64,000 nt of DNA from an uncultured virus (IMG/VR IMGVR_UViG_3300042294_004663) (taxonomy: Duplodnaviria > Heunggongvirae > Uroviricota > Caudoviricetes): IMG/VR virus record IMGVR_UViG_3300042294_004663; one strand, given 5' to 3'. The stretch's first letter is position 1; the number at the start of each line of letters is the position of its first letter. The position numbers and the translations under genes were made by a program. This document shows, in pieces, positions 20,790 through 29,259 of the stretch. The notes under the pieces were generated by a model. It ran no database searches, was not told the origin of the DNA, and saw nothing but the letters and a program-made list of their open reading frames with translations.

Positions 20790-21444
20790 TTAGATCAACA
20801 TCGGGTTGAATCTCGCGAACATATTCTCTTAATGCTCTTGAGTCTTGAGCAAGTAGATAGTTATCTACAAAATCTCGAACTATTTTTTTATCTCGTTCTC
20901 CTCCAACTGAGGTGATTATGTATTTTAATCGGGTTGAAAGTTCAGGGGATGCGTCTTTATTTATTTTTTTTAAGCCTTCTAATTCACGATTAATATCTTG
21001 TTCGTCTTTATGACTTAAAAGTTTAAATGTAATTGTATTTTTTGATTTGGGTAAAGTAAAAGTAAAATCATTTATACGGGAAGTAAATAATTCTTCATTT
21101 AATTGTTTATTATCTAATGTAGTTAAATCTACAGTATATTCTTCACCACCATATTCAAAAGTATATTCACTACCATAACCTAAAATACGAGATGCAACCA
21201 TAATTGCATTTTTATCACCAATTAATAAATCATCGTAGTTAATTTTAGACACAATTAATGATTTCATTAATTTATCTAATACAGTACCATTTTTAATATA
21301 TGATTGATTAGTAAGAATATCTTCTTCTTTAGCAGTCATGTATTTCATTTCAATAACACCTTTTGCTAATTCAGAATCTTCAGGATAAAGTAAACCTTTA
21401 GAAGGTAATTCAATGGTTTCAGTTGGTAACTTAAATTCACTCAT
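20716..21444 (-). CDS. Baseplate hub / tail assembly chaperone (gp26-like)
   Basis: IELPSKG...MTAKEEDIL...GDKNAIMVASRILGYG, ending FFWPDL. Confidence 0.8.
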   Translation of the reverse strand: MSEFKLPTETIELPSKGLLYPEDSELAKGVIEMKYMTAKEEDILTNQSYIKNGTVLDKLMKSLIVSKINYDDLLIGDKNAIMVASRILGYGSEYTFEYGGEEYTVDLTTLDNKQLNEELFTSRINDFTFTLPKSKNTITFKLLSHKDEQDINRELEGLKKINKDASPELSTRLKYIITSVGGERDKKIVRDFVDNYLLAQDSRALREYVREIQPDVDLTFFPNGSSDRVSLPIGLKFFWPDL

Positions 21445-21484
21445 AATTTTTATTTATTATAACTTATTATCTTATATAAATATA

Positions 21485-21856
21485 TTAAAGAGTAGAAATA
21501 TTATCAGAACTTACATTATATGATAATACTCCTTCTACTTTTAATATTGCTTTGCGTATATCTTCCATTTTTGAACGATCAAATCCACTAGAAGCAATCC
21601 AAGGATAACCATCAACTTTAACAGTTAATATTGATTGGAATTTTTCAGTATCCTGTTCAGCATATTCCATAGGTTCTTTTACAGATGCTACTGTAATACC
21701 TGGAATAGAGCGAATATCGGAGAATATTTCTTTTTGAGGGCGTTTTTTAATGTTAGTAATGAGCATACCTACCATTTTAAATTTATCTTGGTATTCTTCA
21801 TTTAGTCGCTTACTAAGCTCCTCTTTAACTAAAGTACGTAAACTATCTAGTTTCAT
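21485..21856 (-). CDS. Hypothetical protein, possible internal head protein
   Basis: N-terminal helix LRTLVKEELSKRLNE; late motif upstream. Confidence 0.7.
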   Translation of the reverse strand: MKLDSLRTLVKEELSKRLNEEYQDKFKMVGMLITNIKKRPQKEIFSDIRSIPGITVASVKEPMEYAEQDTEKFQSILTVKVDGYPWIASSGFDRSKMEDIRKAILKVEGVLSYNVSSDNISTL

Positions 21857-21874
21857 ATAATTATAAATATTAGT

Positions 21875-23848
21875 CTATTTAATAAGATTAATGTTTCCGC
21901 TTATAATTTGGTTATTACTATTTTCTTTAGATCCAAATTGAATTTTGTATACATATGATCCTACAGGACAAGGTGAATTATTATATGTTCCATCCCAATA
22001 TTCTGTATAATTATATGATTCAAATATGATTTCTCCCCAACGATTATATACTTCTACATGAAAATCATAAGGATCAAATCCATCTTCAAATACAGGTTTC
22101 CAGGTGTTGTTATGTTCATCACCATCAGGAGTAAATGAATTTGGAGTATAAAATAAAAGTTCAGGACAACGAGCAACAGTAATTACTGTTTGCTGTTGAG
22201 GTGAAGCACATCCGTTAGAATAATGAATTACTGATAATGGAAATATTCCTGGGTTTTCAAATAAAATAGATAGATCATTTTGTTGGTATGTTGAATCCAT
22301 AAATGACCATTCATTATATCCTGGTAAATTAGAAATAGCATTAAATAAAGTTACTACTGAATCGCCTTCACAAATTTCATAAAATGGGTTGTATGGGGAA
22401 ATTAAATCAAGTGTTGGTTGAGGATTAACAATTACTGTGGTTGCAGTATCAAATACACACCCATTTTGAGTATAAGTATAAGTTATTATATTTGTTCCTA
22501 TCGCGTTTTCAGGGTAAAAATTATTATTTGTAATACCATTACCACTAAATATTCCTCCAACAGGAAATGCATTTAAAGTAACAAATTCATCATACTCACA
22601 AAATGGTCCTATAGAATCAATTACAGGTAAAACATTTAAAATAAAAATATCTAATAAAATAGGTAAACCAGTACATCCATTTTCTTCAGGTATTACTTGA
22701 ATAGCATTTGAAATAAGACCTGGAGGGAATGAACTAAAATCGATTGTAATTTGGTTTGTGCCTTGTCCTGATATTAGGTTTCCTGTTGTGCTCCAAGAGT
22801 AGTTGTAAGTAGGTTGTAAAGGAACACTATATGTTTCATTTGAACTTAAATAACATATTGTATCTAATCCATTAATAGGTCCTGTTGATGGAATTGATAA
22901 ATTTGGTATAACAAGTACAGTATCAGGCCCTAAACCACCTCCAGAATTACAAGTTGACCAACCAGCATTACATACAGGATAAACAAAATGGCAAGTATAT
23001 TGAGCTCCACCAGCAGGAGGAGTTACATTAATCGTAGGACCCCATCCAATTGGATTTGGGTTACCAACTTGAAACCAAGTTAATGTTGGAGTTACTGTTG
23101 GACCTGATGGGGTCCATCTCCAAGCATCATTTGTTGCTGTCCAAGTTGTTGAATTACGACCAGGTACAGTTATTGCTAATGTACCTATATTATTATGAAT
23201 ACCTTGTATTGCTGTTCCATTTTGCCATTGTAAACAAGCGGGTTTATTTTGAATATAATTGTCAATATAATTTGTAGATTCATAAATTACAATATGAAAT
23301 GTACCTTGGTTAGTAGTACAACTAAACATAGGCATATTAGTCCAACTAACAATAAGTTTTCTACAAGGAGCAACACCAACAGTTTGATATTTAATCTGAC
23401 CACCTAAACCTGGGTGCCAATCTTGCCATGGGCCCATAATACAATTTTTAGGTATATTAGGGTTAGTAGTAGGGATAGTTTGAGTGGTAAATGTAATTGG
23501 TTGACCTCCACTAAATGAAATCCAACCATTTGAACCTATATAAAATTGAGTATATGTTGTTCCGAAAAAACAAAAATTAAACCCAATATTAAATGGACCC
23601 TGTTGAGAATCATCAACCATTATTAAATTAGTACCTGTGTTGGTTTGAGCAACATATGGTATGTTTAAAACACTATAATCTGTTGTTTGATTGGGGTTAG
23701 CACCTGCGGAGCATTGACTTAAATCTGCGGTTAAAATTGTTGATCCTATACCACAAGGCAATATTTGATCAGGTCCTAAAGCGGGACAATATTGGTTATA
23801 CCCTATATTATACAGTAATATAAAAAATATTAATTTTAAAAATTTCAT
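21875..23848 (-). CDS. Secreted adhesin-like protein with a T9SS type B (gliding-motility-associated) C-terminal domain
   Basis: Signal peptide ending in Q and Cys-paired Ig/PKD-like segments. The C-terminus YTPNSFTPDGDEHN...VYNRWGEIIF...WDGTY...GSYVYKI...G.I.LIK is the canonical type B CTD. Confidence 0.9.
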   Translation of the reverse strand: MKFLKLIFFILLYNIGYNQYCPALGPDQILPCGIGSTILTADLSQCSAGANPNQTTDYSVLNIPYVAQTNTGTNLIMVDDSQQGPFNIGFNFCFFGTTYTQFYIGSNGWISFSGGQPITFTTQTIPTTNPNIPKNCIMGPWQDWHPGLGGQIKYQTVGVAPCRKLIVSWTNMPMFSCTTNQGTFHIVIYESTNYIDNYIQNKPACLQWQNGTAIQGIHNNIGTLAITVPGRNSTTWTATNDAWRWTPSGPTVTPTLTWFQVGNPNPIGWGPTINVTPPAGGAQYTCHFVYPVCNAGWSTCNSGGGLGPDTVLVIPNLSIPSTGPINGLDTICYLSSNETYSVPLQPTYNYSWSTTGNLISGQGTNQITIDFSSFPPGLISNAIQVIPEENGCTGLPILLDIFILNVLPVIDSIGPFCEYDEFVTLNAFPVGGIFSGNGITNNNFYPENAIGTNIITYTYTQNGCVFDTATTVIVNPQPTLDLISPYNPFYEICEGDSVVTLFNAISNLPGYNEWSFMDSTYQQNDLSILFENPGIFPLSVIHYSNGCASPQQQTVITVARCPELLFYTPNSFTPDGDEHNNTWKPVFEDGFDPYDFHVEVYNRWGEIIFESYNYTEYWDGTYNNSPCPVGSYVYKIQFGSKENSNNQIISGNINLIK

Positions 23849-23870
23849 AACCTTTATTTTTTTACAAGGT

Positions 23871-23902
23871 TAAATATACAAAAAGAAATTAACATATCCA
23901 AA
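23871..23902 (-). promoter_or_regulatory. Bacteroidota sigma70-type promoter (T9SS type B cargo gene)
   Basis: TTTG-N20-TATATTTA, immediately after the tube-gene terminator. Confidence 0.7.
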
Positions 23903-23937
23903 TAAAAAATAAAAGCCCCAAATTTCTTTGGAGCTTT
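23901..23937 (-). terminator. Intrinsic terminator after the tail tube gene
   Basis: Minus strand AAAGCTCCAAA-GAAA-TTTGGGGCTTT followed by a T-rich tract. Confidence 0.8.
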
Positions 23938-23965
23938 CATTTTGTTTATTGTTTTTGACTTAGTA

Positions 23966-24454
23966 TTAGTAGTTCAAGATACAGTAGTCAGGCTGTACAG
24001 TTACTTGGACATTTACTGCTTGACCATCGTCATCCCAGTTATAATCACCAAAGTTAACTTCTGTAATAACAGCTCCTTTAATTACCCATTCAGAAACGAT
24101 ATCACCTACAGGACCTAACACGTTAAAAAGAATATCTTTTTTATAGAAATCTGAATAACCATCACGGCCTGTTACTGATTCGTGACCTAAACGTACCCAT
24201 TCCATTACTGCTTGAGCGCCACTTGGGGTAATAGATTCATACATTGTGAATTGAATCGTATTCCAAATAGTTTTTCCTTTTACATATCGTTGAATATTGA
24301 TATGGTTAAGAGCAACAGCAGTTTGTGTTAAAGATACAGCACCTACTCCTTTTACTAAGTATGCAGGGATACCATCCATATAAAGGATAAAACGATTGGA
24401 TTGTTTAGGTTCAAACGCTGTGAAAAATATTTCGTTTGGGTTTAGAATTGGCAT
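23966..24454 (-). CDS. Tail tube protein (gp19-like)
   Basis: FEPKQSNRF, KGKTIWNTI, YKKDI and GPVGDIVSEW; follows the sheath genes. Confidence 0.92.
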   Translation of the reverse strand: MPILNPNEIFFTAFEPKQSNRFILYMDGIPAYLVKGVGAVSLTQTAVALNHINIQRYVKGKTIWNTIQFTMYESITPSGAQAVMEWVRLGHESVTGRDGYSDFYKKDILFNVLGPVGDIVSEWVIKGAVITEVNFGDYNWDDDGQAVNVQVTVQPDYCILNY

Positions 24455-24501
24455 TTTGCTTCTATTTTAATTTTATTATAAATATTTAGTTTTTTATTTT
24501 T

Positions 24502-26520
24502 TTATATTGGGAATTGAGCTCCTGTTGGTTGTAAAATAAAATCTAATGAAATAAATTCAGCTGTGCGAGTAGGTTGGATATAAATTTGTCCTACTAATTG
24601 ATTTTGATCAATTACTGCTGGTCCATTATTTGAATCATCCATTATAACTCTAAAGGCATATAATCCTTGTTTTTGTTGAATTGCTTCTAAATATGGGTTA
24701 ACTCGTGATAAGAATGAATTTCTTGTAGCAATAGTATTTTGTTCAAATACAACAGTATCAGCAATTTGACGAATATAAGATTTTAATTCAATCATCAAAC
24801 GACGTACATTCACACGATCAAGAGCAGATTGTGCTTTTTGTAATGTTTTCTGACCATATACTACAACACCTTGTTGAGGTAATGTTGCTATAGGGTTAAT
24901 ATTATTTGAGTATAAATCATCCCTATTACCTTGTGTAAGTTTATATTCAGCTTGAAGAACTGTACTTAATCCACCGCGGTTTATACCGGCAGGTGCAAAC
25001 CAAGGAGCTGATACTTTATCATTAAATGCATATACACCTGGTATTACTGTTGAAGATGGTACCCAAACATGTTTTCCTGTTGCAGGATCAATAATACGAA
25101 CCCAAGGCCAATATGTTGCAGCATAAGAAGTATCACGAGTTTGAGCTTGTGTTATTGCTTCTGAAAGTTTGCTGCCATATGTTCCTAAATCTAGTACATA
25201 CATGTTATCACCTCTTGCAATTGTATTTGAAATAATATTAGATACTTGAGTTGTGTGAGTATCATTTAATAAACCAGGAGTAAATAATACATTAAATTGG
25301 TACGCTTCAGGATTACCTAAAAGTGTAATCATGTTATTATAATCAGCTCCTACTAATCCTTGTGTATTAGAAGAAATAGCATCGTACAATTTAATAATAT
25401 TATTAACATCACCAGTAGCACTATAAAATGAACCACCGTTTGAACCACTTCCATTTAACGGAATTGAAGAAGTATATGCTGTAATAGCAACCCCATTAGC
25501 ATCAAAATAATTTGGTGTAGGTAAATTAACAGATTTTACGCGTACATATTTTGAATTATTTGGGTAACTTCCAGATAATTCCATCTGGTTGTTTATAGAG
25601 CTATAATTTAATTTTTGATCACCAATAATTTTAGAAATATAGCGAGTTGAATTTGGGTCTAATGTCAAATTGTTCCATGCCTCCAATACAACTTTACTAG
25701 ATTCGGTATCATTACCACGTCTAACTAATACATTAAATGTACCTGCTCCGGTGTTAGTATTAGAAACTTCCCAACGAATATTAGAAGTAGATCCTGAATT
25801 TAATGTTCCATTAGATCCTAAAGTATTAGAACCTGAGTTGTTCATTAAATTTCCTTCAGAAATTGTTTCTAATACAAAAGAAATTGTATTAGCACCACCA
25901 GCATAATATACTGTAGTAGATCCTGAGGTATAGTAATATGAGTTTCCAGCAACACCAGCATTTGTATTTGCAGTTAATACCATGTTAGGAGAAGCAAATG
26001 AAGCACTACTATTAATGATAGTATTAGTGTATAGGTTTGTTGGGTTTAATGGGATAACACCTGAAGAGGTTGCATTGTTAAATACATTTTGGGTGCTTGA
26101 TCCTGATAAAATTACATTTACACCATTAAATGAAGCAGTATATGCTACCGTAGCAGCACTAGTTAAATTTAATACAGCAGAAGCAGAAGTTAGTGGTGTT
26201 CCTGAATTAATGTCTTTTGTAATTGCTGAAGTGTAAGATCCACTAGTTACACGGGCAACTAATAATGAAGTTCCTCCATAATTAAAATAATTGTAAGCAG
26301 CAATTGAAGTTAAATAGGAATAAGATTGACCACCACTTATAAATGTATCCCCAAACATCGTTACAAAGTCTGAGTAAGTTGTTACTAGGGTTGGTTTTTC
26401 AACAGGTCCTTTAACTGTTGGTCCGATAATAGCAGCACCTGCTTGGACTGGTTGCCCAGTTAAGAAGGTGTTATCTATTTCGCTAATTGCTACTCCAGGA
26501 GAAGTTGTGAAATTTGACAT
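24502..26520 (-). CDS. Tail sheath protein (gp18-like), copy 2
   Basis: SPGVAISEID, YWPW, PWFAPAG, INPI, GQKT, RVNVRRL, FEQN and IYIQPT. Confidence 0.95.
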   Translation of the reverse strand: MSNFTTSPGVAISEIDNTFLTGQPVQAGAAIIGPTVKGPVEKPTLVTTYSDFVTMFGDTFISGGQSYSYLTSIAAYNYFNYGGTSLLVARVTSGSYTSAITKDINSGTPLTSASAVLNLTSAATVAYTASFNGVNVILSGSSTQNVFNNATSSGVIPLNPTNLYTNTIINSSASFASPNMVLTANTNAGVAGNSYYYTSGSTTVYYAGGANTISFVLETISEGNLMNNSGSNTLGSNGTLNSGSTSNIRWEVSNTNTGAGTFNVLVRRGNDTESSKVVLEAWNNLTLDPNSTRYISKIIGDQKLNYSSINNQMELSGSYPNNSKYVRVKSVNLPTPNYFDANGVAITAYTSSIPLNGSGSNGGSFYSATGDVNNIIKLYDAISSNTQGLVGADYNNMITLLGNPEAYQFNVLFTPGLLNDTHTTQVSNIISNTIARGDNMYVLDLGTYGSKLSEAITQAQTRDTSYAATYWPWVRIIDPATGKHVWVPSSTVIPGVYAFNDKVSAPWFAPAGINRGGLSTVLQAEYKLTQGNRDDLYSNNINPIATLPQQGVVVYGQKTLQKAQSALDRVNVRRLMIELKSYIRQIADTVVFEQNTIATRNSFLSRVNPYLEAIQQKQGLYAFRVIMDDSNNGPAVIDQNQLVGQIYIQPTRTAEFISLDFILQPTGAQFPI

Positions 26521-26575
26521 TTTTGCTTTATTTTAGTTTTATTATAAATATCTAAAGTTTTTTTAAAATATGCTA

Positions 26576-28606
26576 TTAGATAGGAAACGTTGCACCTGTA
26601 GGTAATACATTAAAGTCTAGTATAATATATTCAGCTGTTTTAGTAGGTTGCAAATAAATTTGACCTATCATTTGATTGTTATCAACTACTTGAGGAGGAT
26701 TATTTGATTCATCCATTACTACTTGAAATGCTGTTAATCCTTGTTGTTGTTGGACAGAAGCTAAATATGGGTTAATAATAGATACAAAATTATTACGAGT
26801 AACAGCATCATTTTGTTCAAATACAAAAGTATTTGCTACTTGAGTAATGTAATTTTTAAGTTCAATTAATAAACGACGTACATTAATGCGATCTAAAGAA
26901 CTTTTTTTCTTTACTAATGTCTTTTGCCCATATACTACAACTCCAGTATTAGGAAAAGTAGCAATTGGGTTGATGTTGGCTTGATATAATGTATCTCTAT
27001 TACCTTGAGTTAAAACACGTTCTGCTTGAATAGTAGTAGTTAAAACACCTCTATTTACACCAGCAGGTGCAAACCAAGGAGCAGCTACATTATCATTGAA
27101 TGCATATACACCTGGTATTAGAGTAGATGCGGGCACCCAAACTTGGGTTCCTGTGTTTGGGTCTACTGTTTTAGCCCAAGGCCAGTACGTTGCAGCATAA
27201 GAAGTATCATATCCTGCAACTTGAGATAATGTAGTTCCAATAGTAGAATCATATTTTACTAAATCAAAAACTACTATAGAATTTCCTATATTTTGAGCAT
27301 TAACAATCATAGAGTTAATAGCATTATAGGCATTACTTCCTATATTTGAAATTAATCCTGGGGCTGTTAGTAGATTATAATTATAAGCATCTTTATTGGC
27401 TAATAAAGCAATAGATTCAATATAAGCATTAGCTTGAAGGCCTTGAATATTACTATCTAAAATAATTTTATCATAGTATGCACCTGCTATTCCTTTAGGA
27501 ATATTACTTCCAACTGCATCTCCAAAAGAACCACTTGAAAAATAAGGAATCGAACCTGTAAATTCAGGTTTAGGGTTACCTACATTATCAAAATAATTTG
27601 GTGTTGAAGTTAAAACTTTTTTAACACGAACATATGATGAATTATTTGGAAAACTTCCAGATAATTGAACATAATATTCTCCATTATCATTAACAACAGC
27701 CTCAACTTGATTACCTATTACTTTTTCAATATAATTTGGTGAATATGGATCAAGTGATAAAGGGCCCCAACTTTCTAAAATTGATGGGGATATAAGACTA
27801 TCATTTCCTTGACGGATTAATAAGTAAAAAGTACCAGCAGTAACATCAGGTGAAGTTATTTGCCATCTAAAATTATCTGTAGACCCACTTAATAGTGTTT
27901 GATATGATCCTGTAGGTCCTGTACTGTTCATTATTTCACCTTTAGATAAGGTTTCTAAAATAAATGCTTCAGTATTATTACCACCAGTATAATATACTGT
28001 TGTACTTCCAGATACATAATAATATGAATTTCCTATTAAACCATTTGGATTTGTAGAAATTATATTCATATTAGGTGAAACAAATGATGCACTACTATTA
28101 ATAGTTGTGTTAGTGTAAAAATTTGTTGGATTTGAAGGAATAACACCTGAAGAAGTAGCATTATTAAATGCATCTTGGGTGGATGATCCTGATAGGATTA
28201 TATTTACTCCATTAAATGAAGCAGTGTATCCTGTAATAACTGCACTAGTTAAATTAAGTGTAGCAGATGCAGATGTTGCTGCTGTTGATGTAGGAATTAA
28301 AGATGAGGATGCAGGAGAAAAAGCACCACTTACAACACGTGTAACTAATAATGATGTACCTCCACTATTAAAATAATTATATGCAGAAATAGAAGTAAGG
28401 TAAGTATATGTTTGGCTGCCACTTAAAAAAGTAGAACCAAATTTATTTAAATAATCACTATATGAAGTTACTATAGTAGGGATACCTACTTTACCTTTTA
28501 CAGTTGGTCCTATAATAGCGGCCCCGGCTTGTACAGGTTGTTGAGTTACAAATGATTGATTGTTCTCTATTGCTAATACACCTGGTGATACAATTGTTTC
28601 TGGCAT
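26576..28606 (-). CDS. Tail sheath protein (gp18-like), copy 1
   Basis: SPGVLAIE, YWPW, PWFAPAG, GQKT, RINVRRL and FEQN. Confidence 0.95.
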   Translation of the reverse strand: MPETIVSPGVLAIENNQSFVTQQPVQAGAAIIGPTVKGKVGIPTIVTSYSDYLNKFGSTFLSGSQTYTYLTSISAYNYFNSGGTSLLVTRVVSGAFSPASSSLIPTSTAATSASATLNLTSAVITGYTASFNGVNIILSGSSTQDAFNNATSSGVIPSNPTNFYTNTTINSSASFVSPNMNIISTNPNGLIGNSYYYVSGSTTVYYTGGNNTEAFILETLSKGEIMNSTGPTGSYQTLLSGSTDNFRWQITSPDVTAGTFYLLIRQGNDSLISPSILESWGPLSLDPYSPNYIEKVIGNQVEAVVNDNGEYYVQLSGSFPNNSSYVRVKKVLTSTPNYFDNVGNPKPEFTGSIPYFSSGSFGDAVGSNIPKGIAGAYYDKIILDSNIQGLQANAYIESIALLANKDAYNYNLLTAPGLISNIGSNAYNAINSMIVNAQNIGNSIVVFDLVKYDSTIGTTLSQVAGYDTSYAATYWPWAKTVDPNTGTQVWVPASTLIPGVYAFNDNVAAPWFAPAGVNRGVLTTTIQAERVLTQGNRDTLYQANINPIATFPNTGVVVYGQKTLVKKKSSLDRINVRRLLIELKNYITQVANTFVFEQNDAVTRNNFVSIINPYLASVQQQQGLTAFQVVMDESNNPPQVVDNNQMIGQIYLQPTKTAEYIILDFNVLPTGATFPI

Positions 28607-28651
28607 TGTAATGATTTATTTTATTATAAATATGGTGTATTTCAAACCAAA

Positions 28652-28915
28652 TTAATCCATCGGTGTAATTTCACCATTTTCTGGGTTGATGTTGGCTTTA
28701 CCGTATTTTTGAAGTACAAGTTGAGTAAATTCTTTTTCTTGATTAGATAAATTATCTAAAAATTGTTTAGCAGTACTATAACGATTTTCTAATTGTAATT
28801 TAATTAATTCAATTTCACCTAATTCAGCAATTAAAGAGCGAGTATCTACTTGAATTTTTTTTAGTGTTGTTAACTCTTCTTCGGTTAAAAACTTTTTTTC
28901 TGAAACTATTGACAT
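28652..28915 (-). CDS. Small coiled-coil hypothetical protein
   Basis: Heptad-like Leu/Glu/Lys pattern ending KYGKANINPENGEI. Confidence 0.7.
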   Translation of the reverse strand: MSIVSEKKFLTEEELTTLKKIQVDTRSLIAELGEIELIKLQLENRYSTAKQFLDNLSNQEKEFTQLVLQKYGKANINPENGEITPMD

Positions 28916-28918
28916 AAT

Positions 28919-29254
28919 TTATTGGTTTATATAATTTAAAGTTATTTCTTCTAAGGGATTAATATCTTGAATAGCAGTTATAGTAATTACGTTCTGTACA
29001 GAATCAATATTAAATATTGCATTAGGGGTTTTACTTGAATTTATCCAACTTGCATGCCCTAAAAATACTATTAATCCATTAGTATGGGTGTATACATATT
29101 TAATTAATTCAATAGAACATTCACTTCCTTGGGGGAAGTTTATTCCTATAGATTGATTAATTATCTGATCTTTTTTAATAAATTCATTAGTGAATAAACC
29201 CCATCCATGTATAGATGATTGGCAAACACTTAAATTACAACTTATTAATTTCAT
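28919..29254 (-). CDS. SET-domain protein
   Basis: SSIHGWGLF, WINSS..PN (NHS-like) and DI...EEITLNY. Confidence 0.85.
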   Translation of the reverse strand: MKLISCNLSVCQSSIHGWGLFTNEFIKKDQIINQSIGINFPQGSECSIELIKYVYTHTNGLIVFLGHASWINSSKTPNAIFNIDSVQNVITITAIQDINPLEEITLNYINQ

Positions 29255-29259
29255 ATATT

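Noticed and set aside
12096..28606. Extracellular contractile injection system or tailocin (multiple sheaths, LysM, tube-like genes)
   Set aside because: Terminase, portal, protease, capsid, neck and replication genes are contiguous, so this is a complete phage.
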